64,000 nt of DNA, taken from assembly GCF_001194135.2 (NCBI RefSeq), contig NC_068992.1:7118628-7182627 (forward strand), in the 5' to 3' direction. Shown in pieces: positions 27,101-40,800 of the stretch (its first letter is position 1; each line of letters opens with the position of its first letter). The position numbers and the translations under genes were made by a program. The stretch is from Octopus bimaculoides. Lineage: Eukaryota. Under the pieces are notes generated by a model. The model was given only the letters and a program-made list of their open reading frames with translations, made no database searches and had not been told where the DNA came from.

Positions 27101-29525
27101 CGCTATTTACTTGTTATCTCTGAGATTCTTTGTGTGTTAAAACAAGTGACTCTTCCATTTCTACAAAGAGGTATTTCTCATAAGCAATTAATCTGTCAGT
27201 AGCTCCCATCCACATTGATTATAAAACATGCAATAATTCTGTAGTTGCTTATATGAGCATCCTTTGTCATAGCTACATTCATAAGGACAATTTTCTCTCT
27301 TAATATCTGTGGGAGAACACTTTCTCTTTGTCATTTTGTAAAGTGCAAACATAGTCATGAGGCTTTTTAAAGCCAGAAACCTTGACATTCATCTGGGCCT
27401 TGAGTTTTGCAATTCAGTATTTTCTTTAGGCTTCTCATTATGCTTTCTTTTGTTAAATATATGATATAATTGTGCAGTTTTGTATATTTACTGATTGATT
27501 CATTCGTTACTACTTCAGCATATGTCAAGAGGCTATGCTTTGATATATGTTCAAATTATATCCCCAACTGCTCTATCCAATCAGCATCCTTTTTATGTTT
27601 CAGTTTGTTGCTCTAAATGATTGACCAATATTGCTTTGATGTGCTTTCAGGTAGCAATCGATTTTCTTGTCCTTCAGTTCAGTTATTTTTATTATTTATA
27701 TAACATTTTGTGAACAAGAGCTTCATTGAATATCTATCCTTATAGATTTTATATTACTATAACACTTGTTGTTATTGCTGCTATTGTTGTTATCATTATT
27801 ATAATCATCGTCATAATCATCATCATCATTCTCATTATCATCATTAAGCCAATATTTGCACACAGGACAAAATGCCTGTTGCCATATGTCCATTTTTACA
27901 TTCTGAATTCAAATTCCACCAAGGTTGACTTTGCATTTCCTCCTTTGTGGTTGATAAAATAAGTACCAGTTGAGTACTGGGGTCAATGTACTCTTACTCC
28001 TCCCCTCAAAATTTCTGGCTTTGAACCATGTGTGTATCTGTGTTAAGGTATAGGCATAGCTGGACAATCATGGAAAAACAGGCACAAAATAAATGCACAA
28101 ATATATGTGCATGTAAGTGCACTCAAACTCACACACACACACACACACACACACACATGCACATGTGTGTGTGTGTGTGTGTGGATGTATATGCACCTTT
28201 GGCGTGTTGTGGCAAAAAAGAAACCCAGTAGAAAGAAGCCGGTTCAGTTCTTTCAGTGGTAAACACACAAACATCACACCTGTTCATAAAGCTCATTATA
28301 AACCTCAGTGGAAATAGAACAAAAGTTCTCATTAAAATAAAAAGAAAAGAATAACTTCTGTTAAAGCTACACTTGAATAGAGGTACAATTCATGACTGTT
28401 TCCTATAAAGAGTGAAACTGAAAGCAGAGTTGTTAAGTTGATCAGAATCAAACTGCTGGAATCAGTGTGATGATGATGATGATGATGTTAAGGTAGAAAA
28501 GATTGTTATGCTACTTCTATTGTATGCAAAGAATGTTTATACCTGATGAAGAATAATGCTATTACTATCATTATAAGGTTTCATGGTTTTCTTTTTTTCA
28601 TTTTCATTGTTTTTTTTTATTTTGTCTGTTTGTTTTGTTTTTTTTATCATTATTGTTTTGGTTTGTATTTTCACTTTTGATCTTTTAAATAACAAAATCT
28701 GAATTTATATCAACAAATTGATTTATTCCTATTTTTATATGTTTCATTGATTCAATCTCGATAAAGGACTTCAAAAGAATCCTTGTAATATTATACTTTC
28801 TCTTGTATTTGTCCTGCATTAATTCATATTCTGATAGCATAGAAACATGCAGAAGTTTCCTTTATGGCAAATTACTTAAAGGAAACTTTTTCCTACTTTC
28901 TCTTAAGTGTGTCATGAGATTTTATATATATATAATCAGTAACACTTCTTGAATAACAATATATTCCAACATTAAAAATAGAAATGCAGCATTATTTGCT
29001 GTGAGTTTCAGAATTTTTTTTATTTTTAAAGTTAATTTAAGATTGCTGCATGATATAGACAAGTTCTGTTATTCTTCCTGTAAACATCACACCATCAATT
29101 TTCATATATTGTAATGAAAATGGACTAATTTAATTAACTGATGATGGAATTTTATTTAATATTTTTATTTTGTGGTATATCTTTGCATAAAAGGAGTCAA
29201 TTAAAGAATATCAAAGTATATTCTTAGCTTCTTTAATTTGTAGTTGTTAGTAAGATCAAAGAACAAAAAGAAGATAGGTGAAAGATAACTATCAGCTATA
29301 TTCTGGAGTTGATAGAAAGTAGTTATGAGGGGAAATATTCTACAGCTTACTAACTATTAAGAGGCAGTTCATGGAAACAGTAACTAGAAAAGTACATTTA
29401 TGATGAAACTAAAATTGGGTTTGAAACCAGCAATGGTGTGCACAAGAGAGTTACATCTATAATGGAGTTTTGGCAAACAAACTGTCTCATCAAACCTTAA
29501 ACTATAGCTCGTTTATTTGCCTTAA

Positions 29526-29731
29526 CCTTTAAGCTTTTAAACCAGCCATATTCAGCTTAAATAGTATACCTGTTTTATGTTCAAACCAGCCAGATGCAGC
29601 CTTCCACACCCACCCTACAATAAACAATCATATCATGAAAATCTCAAAGCTGCAAGATGATGCATGATTAATTCAAAACAATGGGAATAAATAAGCATTA
29701 CATTTGACAAAGTAATCTGAATCTTGAAGGG
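29526..29731. mobile_element. piggyBac-type MITE
   Basis: ttaa|ccttt...aaggg|ttaa gives a TTAA TSD at 29522-29525 and 29732-29735 with CC(T)TT/AAGGG termini. Confidence 0.7.
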
Positions 29732-31763
29732 TTAAACATACTTTAAATAAAAATAACTTCTAAAGGTTGCTTCACCTGCCAGAACTGCAGCTATATATCC
29801 TTCAACACACACACACACACACACAGTTATCAGAAAGAGTTACATTAGATAATGTGGTTCCAGGTTTCCTGCACAAATGAAAACGATATGATGGTGATCA
29901 CTAGAATATCTTTGATCATAAATTGTTTTTGATCAGGGCTGACCTAGCTCCAAATAAGATGTTCCAGCAACTATATTCTGAAGATGACTTGACTGATAAA
30001 ACGTAAATTGTACTAAATATTAACGACAACAATTTGAGACAGAGATAAATAAACAAATAAATAAATAATTAGGCCTGTTAACTGGAGTTAAACTACATGT
30101 TAATTACGTAGAGATTGATCACATTGCTAATTATAACACTGATCACCTGCCAGTCTATTGTCTTAAATTAGGTACAATAAATCATATTTAATCTCTTACC
30201 TGGTAAATAACATGGTTTAAATCCTGTCAGTGAGTCCACATCCCTTTTCTGTCTCAAACTGATGCTTATAATGTCTAATATCAAATCCAAAGAACTTCAG
30301 TAACATTAATACTTTACAATTCATAACACAAGAGCGAGCTCTTGTAAATGGTTCAAGAATTGGCCTTTAATTCATGAGGATATTGAGTGACACTCTTGAG
30401 ACGGAAAATGTACAACCATTCAGTGCCTATGAACATCTGATTGTGAGTTCTAAACTTGAGATTTCAATTGATATATATATATAACTATGTGTGTGTGTGT
30501 CTGTGTTTGTCCTCCACCACTTGACAACTGGTGTTGGTGTGTTTAAGTCCCTATAGCATAGCTTTTCAGCAAAAGACACTGATAGAACAAGTACTAGGCT
30601 TAAAAAAAATAAGTCCTGCAGTAGATTTGTTTGACTAAAACCCTTCAATGTAATGCCACAGCATGGCCACAGTCAAATGACTAAAACAAGTAAAAGGTAA
30701 AGATGTAAATTCCTACATGATTTTTTCCCCCTTCTCTTGTCAGCTTCTACTCTTATTTCAACAACTTTTCTCACCTTACCCCAATCTTAAAAGTGTGAAA
30801 AGCCTGGTGACAAAATCTTTGAAAAATTTTTTTCATTTTCTAATTTCATATATAGTAATAATGGGACACTAAGGCCCATTACATACTCAGCTCTGAAAAG
30901 ATATGTTTGCACATCTCAGTAGTAATAATATACAACCTTCGATGTTATTGACAAACAAAATGACAGAACACATACATGTATACACACACATGTACATTTT
31001 ATGCTTAATTTACAAACATGAGTATTCTTAGTATAAGGAAGTTATGTCTGTGTCTAGATTAATTTCCTTAGAGTAAGTCTACTGAATGTCTTCATGTTGG
31101 TAAATTAAGCATAAAATGTTTTTATCATTCATTTTTACCAAAACGTTCTTCAGCAACAGAGATATTATATTTTTAAGTATTCCAATGTTTTCACAATATT
31201 CCTCCTTATCTCTTAAATATCAAGTTGATTTTTTTTATGGTTGTTTTCATATCTATAAGAAAATATTGTTTACAGAATATAATATATTGATTTTTTTTTT
31301 AAACATCTTTTGCTGCTATATTGTGTATTAAATTTTAGGGTGATATATTTTGGTTGAACTTGTTCACTAAAGATACAATTTCCAGAACACTAATCAATAC
31401 TGAAACATCAGGAAACTATTTCAGTTATACTTATCTTGACATTTATTATACTTCATCACAAATCTTTGGTTTAGTCTATCAGTTGTTTCCTTTGCTATTC
31501 GCTATTTTAAATAACCAATATCATACCTATTAAACCAACTTCATTTGTACCTTCATAAAATACAAACAGTGTATGAATAAATAAAGGAACAACTAAATAA
31601 AACAGCTGCAAGTACAAATGAACCCTATCATCTTCTGAGACAAATAATACATTGAACTATGTAGGCCTTAGATACATAAAAAAGAAGGTATGGTGATATT
31701 AGAACACTGTTGATCATAAATCTGCCCAGTCAAGGCTGTCTCAGAAAAGAGCTACTGCTGTGT

Positions 31764-31778
31764 CTTCTACTTCTTCTT

Positions 31779-31821
<43 letters not shown>

Positions 31822-31850
31822 TACTTTTACTACTACTACTACTACACCTC
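31764..31850. repeat. (CTT)n/(CTA)n trinucleotide repeat
   Basis: Directly visible. It is the source of the poly-L ORF 31710..32075. Confidence 0.9.
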
Positions 31851-32613
31851 TACTGCTCTTGCTATAAAATCATATTGAAAATTAACTATAGCTCCTGGAG
31901 ATATATAATGCAAACTATAAACTGTGGATATATATACATCTTATTTAAAGAAACCAACAAGAGAGCTTCTATGCATTTGCTTGATCTTCTGCTTAAACCA
32001 AAATTGCTTCACTTCTTATCACATGCTACTATCATAATAAGAGTAATGGGTATATTGAATCATGTAATCTTTTAATGTATTTGGTTATAAGTCTGCTCAA
32101 TCAGGGTTTACTTGGGGCTAAACAACAACTGAGTCTATGAAGTCAACAGAAAAGAAAATCATTATAAGGAACTGAAAAAATATGTAGGTGCAACTATAAC
32201 CATGTTGATTGTAGCCTGGGATTAACAAATGCTTTTTGAATAGAATTCAATAGAAAGAAACAATGCAGATGCACATCAAATATGTAAATAGCATTATTCT
32301 AACTTTCCATACAAGGATGGGTTGGATGGAATATTTGTTTAGGTAGATTTCCTAAGGCCAGCTGCCCTTCCTGTTGCAAACCCTCACCTGTTTCCAAGTA
32401 AGATATTTCCCCCATAATCAAACATGGAAGACTGCAGCTTACATGACAGTTACACACACATGACAGAGTTCTACACAGTTTCTGTATAAATTTCACTTAC
32501 AAGGCATTGGTCAGCTTTGGACTACAGTAGAGTACAGTCACAAAATATGCTACCAAGTGCTTGAGAAATGAACTTCATAGCCATACCTCTACATGTGGCT
32601 ATCTGTGCTTGTA

Positions 32614-32617
<4 letters not shown>

Positions 32618-32655
<38 letters not shown>

Positions 32656-32668
32656 NNNNNNNNNNGTA

Positions 32669-32712
<44 letters not shown>
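32618..32712. repeat. (GT)n microsatellite with gap at 32656-32665
   Basis: Directly visible. Confidence 0.95.
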
Positions 32713-32716
<4 letters not shown>

Positions 32717-34712
32717 AGAGTAAATCTGTATTTGAAATAGTATCCCTTTGTACTAATATTTAAGATGTAACCTAGTAATGTATTACATAGAGATTGGTAA
32801 AATAAGAATCAAGCAAAAACAAGTATCGGGGTTCTTATGACCTACTACAAATCTTGAAGCGGGTACTTCTTCTTCGTGGGTTCAATCTAATCACTAAAAC
32901 CAGTAAAATAATAAAACAATAATGTTAGGAAATATTTATGAAGTCATCAAGAGCTCACATCTAAATGTTATAAGCTATCTTGAATACTTGAATAAATTTA
33001 ATGACTTCAACCATTAAAATGTGTTTTTTATTAAAATTTCTTTCACAAAACTTTCATGAATATTACTATTTCCATAACTGTTCACTCATTCTACACATAA
33101 ATAACTTGGCTAATATTTAAATAGCCAAGTGTTTTCTATTTACTAATACTCATTATTAACACCATTAATGCGATTAAAATTAGTTGTAATTCCTAACTGT
33201 ATGCCCACCAAAAGTGTTCAACTCTGTGTGTGTGTGTGTGCACATGCGTGTGTGTGTGTGTAATTCTGAAATGTAACAGAACAGTATGAAAATTCCTTTA
33301 ACTAGATTCATTATTCGGTGTTTTTGTGTTTTATGATAGGAATTTATTCAAGCAATGAACCAGTAACAGGTAAATCTGACAAAAATAAGCATTTTATTAA
33401 CAAAGAGTGTGAATTGATTTTCAGAACAAAATTAACTAAATGCTGTATAGAATCATTTAAAGAAGCAGGTTAACATTTCAGTTAGACATGCTTCAATTTA
33501 TCAGCAAGCAATTCATAAAAGAAATTTCTATAGAAAACTTCAGCTTTCTTGGTTTTGTTATTTTTAAAAAATGGCAACTCCAATAAAATAAAAATGAATA
33601 GCAATTTAAAGAAATATAAAGTAGTAGTAATAATAATAACATTAATAATAATATAATAATAATAATAATAATCATAATAGTATCCTACCCCAAGCATAAA
33701 ACAAATAAGCAAACCTGGAAAATTTGAATATAAATTTTAATTTACATAGAAATATTTACAAAGTGATGAGAATAAAGGTGTAGAAATGTGATGCAGCTGG
33801 TGCTAGTGGGAATCTCAGAAAGTTGGTAAGTTAGAAAAGATAGAAAGGACAGGAAAATAGCTACAATGATTTTCATGTAGTGTAATATTTGTAAAAAGCT
33901 AGAACAATATTGATGTGTTGTTTAAAGCAGAACAAGCAACATGCCCACTATATACAATTCTTTCTAAAATCATGTACATACACGCTTTCTCAGGAACATT
34001 TGTCATGATTTGAAAATAAAATCAAAAACATCTTTAGATGAATACAATCAGGAATAAATTTCATTCATGTTGAAATTCAATATAAATAATGGGGTAGGAA
34101 AAGCATCCTGTAAGCATATTACCAACATCTTTCACTAAACCTCCTTGTACTTGCAAATTTTTATTCATTTGATAAATTGTTTTATGCAATTTCCTCAGTG
34201 ATTTTGCTATTGTTTGTTTTCATAGCAGAAAAAAAAGAAGAAAAAAAGCAATAATAATATATTAAAAAATAGCTTTTATCTAAACTTTGGAATGAAATTA
34301 TAAACACATTTCGTTTTTTCTATTTATAGATTTCCTTCAAAAATAATGATTCCTTGCTTAGAGATTAATGTTCCTAGCTATAAAATGGACAAAATAAAAT
34401 ACAAAATAAAATATTCCTGTTTGTGTAGTGATGTATATATTTTGATATATTTTCCTTATAACTATACATATATTGCTGTAGAATATTAAGTGAAGTGTAG
34501 AAATATGTCACAAGAGTGTTGATCTGATTTCTTTCTGATGTTTCAAATGAGATTACAAACTCTCACCCTCAACCCAATCCTACTAAATGAAAGACATTTA
34601 TTTGAAATACTCAACAGAACTATAATATATTTAAACATAATACATATGTTATATAATATATTTTATAATATATTGCACAATATAAAATATATTATACAAT
34701 AAAGTGTATGTG

Positions 34713-34747
<35 letters not shown>

Positions 34748-35424
34748 TAATATAATATAGCATAGTATTATATGTTATCATAGTTTTAAAAAAAGTGCAG
34801 CACATTTCTACATGTCATAAAAGCCAACTTGAATGGATGGCAATAAGAAAAGCATCTGTCTCAGAAAACATATAGAACCCCTGCCAGCATGGAAGAATGA
34901 ATATGAAGAAACAGATAATGATGATGACACTGTGTGCACCAAAGATTTAATAACCTTCTTAGTACACTCAGTACATACAATAAANNNNNNNNNNNNNNNN
35001 NNNNNNNNNNNNNNNNNNNNNNNNNNNNNNNNNNNNNNNNNNNNNNNNNNNNNNNNNNNNNNNNNNNNNNNNTGCACCAAAGATTTAATAACCTTCTTAG
35101 TACACTCAGTACATACAATAAAGTAAATGGTAAGTGAGCAGAATAAGTATAGAATTATGAAGTTTCTTCAGTTCTGTCTTGTTGAGGACTTAACTTCACT
35201 CATGTTAGTGACACCAGAAAATGCAACAAGTAGGACATCTAATAGAATATCTTGTCGTATTTGACATGACTGCAATCTGCAATTTTAGTTCAAAGTTCAC
35301 TATGGTCAGCTTTGCCTTTCAACCTTTCAAGGGATTAGAGTGAATATCAAAATTGATGCTTAAAAAAGACTTGTGGAAGTAAAACTAAGTTTGCCAAAAC
35401 ATTACATCTTGCAACATCTATAGG

Positions 35425-35872
35425 AAAACAAACATATAATAAAATCCTAAACGTGATCAAATTGACATTATGAGTTTACTTTTAAACAGTTAGTTAGTTG
35501 AAAGATTCCAAATAGTTTTTCTTTTCAACTAGTAGTTAATTAATTGGAAACACTGTGGTAAAATTGCTTGTGTACAAAGGTATCTCCAATCAATAATTGA
35601 AAAGACACTCAAATAATGTGAGCTTTACATTCTATCTTGAATGAAGTAGGTTCTCAATCTTTAACATTATCAAAGCAGTGGATATAGCCATGTACTAATT
35701 GGGAATACATTACAATATTAAGTCTTGTATCCTTTAATTTTCATTCTGGAGTTGATAAAACATATAATGGCTATTTACTTGAAATTTAAAGCCTTTCAAC
35801 TAAGTAACTGTTTAAAAGTAAACTCATAATGTCAATTTGATCACGTTTAGGATTTTATTATATTCTTGTTTT
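35425..35872. repeat. 80-bp inverted repeat (35425-35504 / 35793-35872) with 288-nt spacer
   Basis: By manual alignment the left arm equals the reverse complement of the right arm with 3 mismatches in 80 nt. Confidence 0.9.
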
Positions 35873-36908
35873 ACTTTCCTTCCGTCTTATGCTTAATAAA
35901 ATCTACTGTTATAGGGATGGCATGTGTGAGAAGCTGTTAATGAATACTACATCAATAGGATGTTAGTAAAATGTCATTTGTGATATCTTGCTAATGATTA
36001 CATAAATAAATACCCCACAGGGTTTAATGATTGTCTCACAACACTGAAAGTGCTGTGTAAATTAAAGAAAAATGCAGTTATTTTCAATGTATTATTCATA
36101 TTTCAATATAAATATATCTTCCTTACGATTGATATCTTGGTAAAAATTAAGCAGAATATAATAATTTTCAAAAACCTAATCTATTACAGGCCAGCAAAGG
36201 ACTCTCCATGCAGTCACACAACATTCTAGAATAGTCGCTGTGTTTCCCTCAAGTTACGCCTTCCGCCTAAGGAAAGAATGTGTTTGATAATTGTGGTTTT
36301 AAGTGTACTAGAATGTCTTTGAATGGTTGATCAGAAGTGATGTGGCTCTAAGCAACAACTATTTTCTTTTACAATCTTTAATATTTCTTTTTAAATTATT
36401 TATTAATAATCCATAATTTTTAAAAACTTTTGGTGATATTTAACATGAACATATGAACTCAGATCATTGTATATAATAAATTTACATTCTCTCCTTTAAA
36501 GATCATAGAGTTTAGAAGATATTTTACCCAACACAAAATTATATCATAAATTAAATCCTTTCTGTTCATCAAATATTTTCATTTTCTACTTGAAGAATAT
36601 TATTTATAAATTTTGAGGAATAAAATTAAATCAATTTCTTTAAATCTAATTACTATGTAGTTCATATAAAGTGACACTTAACCCTGACATTGACATTATA
36701 GAATTTGTTTTTATATTTGAATTGTCATTTTTTAAAATATTTTTGTAAATAGAGATAATTAAGATATCTGATGCAAGATATCAGTTAAGTGCAAAAGCCA
36801 CAAATTAACTAAATTTATTTGTAAAGCAAGCTTTTCAATGCATATTCAGTCTCTGAAACCCTTTGGTATGTTCTGAGCTACATTCAGTGCAGTTAAAGAA
36901 AACATGCA

Positions 36909-37070
36909 AGGTGCAGCCATGACTGCATGATAAGAAGCTTGCTTTTCAACCACATAGTCCCAGGTTCAGTCCCACTGAGTGGCACCTTAGGCAAGTGTCT
37001 TTTACTATAGCCTCAGGCCAACCAAAGTCATGTGAGTGGATTTGGTAGATGGAAACTTAAAGAAGCCCAT

Positions 37071-37128
<58 letters not shown>

Positions 37129-37385
37129 GTTGGCGTTAGGAAGGGCATCCAGCTGTAGAAACTCTGCCAAATCAGATTGGAGGCTGGTGTTGCCATCCGG
37201 TTTCACCAGTCCTCAGTCAAATCGTCCAACCCATGCTAGCATGGAAAGCGGACGTTAAACGATGATGATGATGATGATGATATATATATATAAAAAACAC
37301 ATCTATTGTGTGTGTGTGTTTGTTTTTATCCACCACCACCACTTGACAACCGGTGTTGGTGTGTTTATATCCCTGTAACTTAACA
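36909..37385 (+). mobile_element. Family A SINE with a family B copy (37128-37280) nested in its internal microsatellite
   Basis: tRNA-like head (ggtgcagccatgactg...ggttcagtcccactg), body to aagaagcccattg, (TA)n, the family B 3' end, then the family A tail ccaccacttgacaaccggtgttggtgtgttt. Other family A copies lie near 620-780, 30480-30700, 39378-39710, 48350-48560 and 62091-62395. Confidence 0.85.
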
Positions 37386-37639
37386 GTATTTCTTCTTATT
37401 ACATTTTGAGTTCAAATTCTATCAAGATCAACTTTGCCCTTTGCCCTTTTGGGGTTAATAAAATACGTACAGTTGAGCACTGAGGTCAATGTAATCAATT
37501 AAACTCCTCCCCCTAAAATTGCTAGCCTTATGCCAAAATTTTAAAGAATTCTTCTTTTTCTTCTCTTTCTCCTTCTTCTGATCATTATCATGCATGCCAC
37601 TTTTGTTCTAACAGATGTTATACCGATACTATACCAAAA

Positions 37640-37890
37640 GAGCAAGCCATATCCTTTGGGTTATTCCTTTCCCTTCAACTTTCTAACACCCTCCTTAGAA
37701 TCCTTGCTGTTCCTAACAAGGTTGTTTTATGAAACAGTTCCATCCTGATGGTAATTTCTAGCCATGCATCCAATCTTTTACTAACTACTCCCAGTGCACC
37801 AGCCATAATCGTTACCACTTCAAATTGCCTGATTGTCCACAGTTTCCTACTTCAGTTCCTGATATTTCTCAACCTCCTCACTTTCCTAAC
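37640..37890 (-). mobile_element. R4/Dong-clade retrotransposon 3' end (REL endonuclease)
   Basis: ESEEVEKYQELK*...FEVVTIMAGALGVVSKRLDAWLEITIRMELFHKTTLLGTARILRRVLES matches the R4-type terminus EKYQDL...IGALG...LL.TARILR.VL. Confidence 0.8.
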
Positions 37891-40800
37891 AGTATTTGTT
37901 CTGGCTCCTTACCTTCTGAATTCAAATCCCACCAAGGTTAACTTTACCTTTCAGCTCTCTGAGATCAATAAAAGAAAGTACCAGTCACATTCTGGAGTCA
38001 ATTTAGTTGGTTAAGCTCACTCCAAAAATTTCAGCCAGTGTACTTATATTAGAAACTTCTATTTTTTATTTTATTTGTTCAGCTATTTGGTTATCCTTTG
38101 CTTGTATGGTTTACAGTCAGTAGTTTGAGCTTTCAGCATTTTATTAATGATTTGGCTGACAGAAAAGCCTGAATTCATCAAACCAGTTCTCAACTGGCAT
38201 CTATCACCCCCACCACAAAAAAAAAGAAAGAAAAAGTCAACCTCAGCAAGGTAGAAATTTAGAATGGAAAATGATATAACCAAATACCAAAAGGCATTTT
38301 CATTGACACTCTAACGACTCTGTCAATCTGCTGTCCTGTATTTTCAGATAATGAACTGAAAAGATTGACAACAATTTATATAAATATTGTTTCTGAATTA
38401 ATGATCTACTTTCATTCACTTTATTTTCACTTCCACATCAGTCAAGAAGTAGTTCGCCATCTATTAATTTCTGTAATGTTTATGGGAATTTAATAAATTA
38501 GATTTAGCAGCTGTTTAGTAGTCAGGGATTTGTGCACTGATTCAAAATTGCGCTTAAATCAGTTTAACTGTTTCTAGAACACATGAACTTGATCAATACT
38601 GTTTATGTGCTGTTACTTTGACTGCAAGTTGATATAAATAACATCATTTGATTTGATTATTAAGTGACTACTGTGTTAAAGAGATGATTTGGTGTATAGC
38701 CTTCAAAACTTCCAGAACTGTAAATATGTGGTATATATTCTCTTCTTCTTAAGAAGGTCTTTCTTCTTTTTTTTTTCTTTTTTTTTTTTGGCATTTATCA
38801 TTTTCAGCAGTTATTTTCAGTGATAGATAAGCCTCTTGTAAACTGAGTAAATGTGTGTGTGTAAGACATTTTGACTCTAGACAATTAAGGAGATCTATGC
38901 AGTCATTCTAATGGTTAGAAATATTAGCAAAATCACCCTCAAATTACACCTCATACTCCAATATCTTCCAAAGGAAGGGACACTTTAGACAATATAATTC
39001 TAAATATTCTTAAAAACACAGCATGCTCCTGACTGAAAAGCTTTTGATCATAAGTCTTCTCTGTCTCAGCTGACTTGGTGTTAAACAACAATTAACATCT
39101 AGAAGAGATAGAATGATCACAGCTGGAATGCCTTTCATGATTGGTCTGCTAGATCAAAGTTAACCAGTTTTTTAAGAATGACATTTAACTCAGTTTCATT
39201 AGAATATGATATCCCCCACACACACACGCACTTTTTTTTTTTTAATTCGGGCTTACATTGTTCCTCACTGAAAATTCTAAGGAATCAAACTTTTTGCTGG
39301 AGGGTTCAAGTATCCAACTGCAAAAGCCTGATTTCAACTTATAGTGAAATATTTCCATATGTTAAATGATTTTCTCAGGCAGCACCTTGGGCAAATGTCT
39401 TGTGCTGTTGCCCCAAGCCGACCAAAGACTTGTGAATGAATTTGTAGAAGAGAAACTGAAAAAAAAAACAGAAGCCCATTGTATGTGTGTGTGCATATGT
39501 GTCTTTGCATTTGTCCCCCTCCCCCCACTGCTTTACAACTGGTGTTGGTTTGTTTACATCTCCATCACTTAGCAGTTTTAGCAAAAAGAGACCAATAGAA
39601 TAAACACCAAGCTAAAGACTGTACTGGGGTCAATTCATTTGAGTAAAACCCTTCAGGGCAGTGGTGCCCTGGAATGGCCACGGTTGAATAATTGAAACAA
39701 GTAAATAGTAACAGACACATTTATTATAGCTATCAAATAAATTTATAAAGCTACAAGGAAACACATCTTGTCACAGTGATTGAAATATATCGAGTCATTA
39801 GATTTCAATAGGATGATAAAAATCTAGAATCAGAGTTTAGCCGTGATAGTTTACATCAGCAATAATTAGTCTACTGGAGTGTTAGATAAGTTCAATTGCC
39901 TTAAGTAGTAGAGTCAGAATTAATGTTTTGTATCTTAACCTTTGGACAGGAAAACGAAAAAGTTAAAAACAAACAAAGATATTGTCATTTAAACTCTAGG
40001 CAAGTAAATGGCAAGGCTTGAAACAGTTGATCCTACACTCCTCATAGCAACTGAACTTATTCAACTTTTCTATGAATTCTCCAATTGGATTAAAAGACAA
40101 CCAAAAAATTCAGAAACATACTTGATCAATATTGAAAAAAAACATTTTAGAAAGCATTCTGAAATGCCAAAACGGCAATTTATGAATGAGTCTATATAAA
40201 AGTCTATGACTTTCAGCCAATAAGGAAAAAGAAAAAATGGTAAACTAAACAAAACTTGTTATTAAGGTAACTGGAAAATGAATGCACTCAATTCTACAAG
40301 AGGCTTGTTAACTATTGTAAATACAAACATATTACACAGCTGCAGCATTTCAAATGTTAACAGGCAACACATAAATTCAGCTTGCAAAGTATGGCAAATT
40401 TTGGTTCTGTTTGCACAATTCACCATGCTTTCAGTTATGACCTCCAGCTGTAAAAACAAAAGCTCTAAGAACAAAAAAAAAAAAGAATATCCACATCCTA
40501 CTCATACTGATCTCTGAAAGAAGCAAGAAAGAAAAACAAAACCAAAAGAAAAAAAAAGAAGCAGTTATTTTAAGTAATAAAAAGCAGAAGAGTTTATGTT
40601 AATCACTTGAAGGTTGTTGTAATTTATTTTAATTAATTAAAGGGGCTTCTTTGATTTGAATGTTTCCTTTTCAATAAGAAATGAGGCTACAAAGGCACTA
40701 TTGAAAAGGAACAATAATTTGAAAAGATAACTTGATGAATACTACTTTAAACTACTTATGTAATATGGTTTAATTAGTGCTCAGTATAGAAAACAAAAAA

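Noticed and set aside
31710-32075. 121-aa ORF with poly-Leu resembling a signal peptide or TM helix
   Set aside because: The Leu run is a (CTA/CTT)n repeat and the rest has no recognisable homology.
34935-35122. 50-bp direct repeat flanking an N-gap (34935-34984 / 35073-35122)
   Set aside because: Identical sequence on both sides of a scaffold gap is the signature of unmerged overlapping contig ends.
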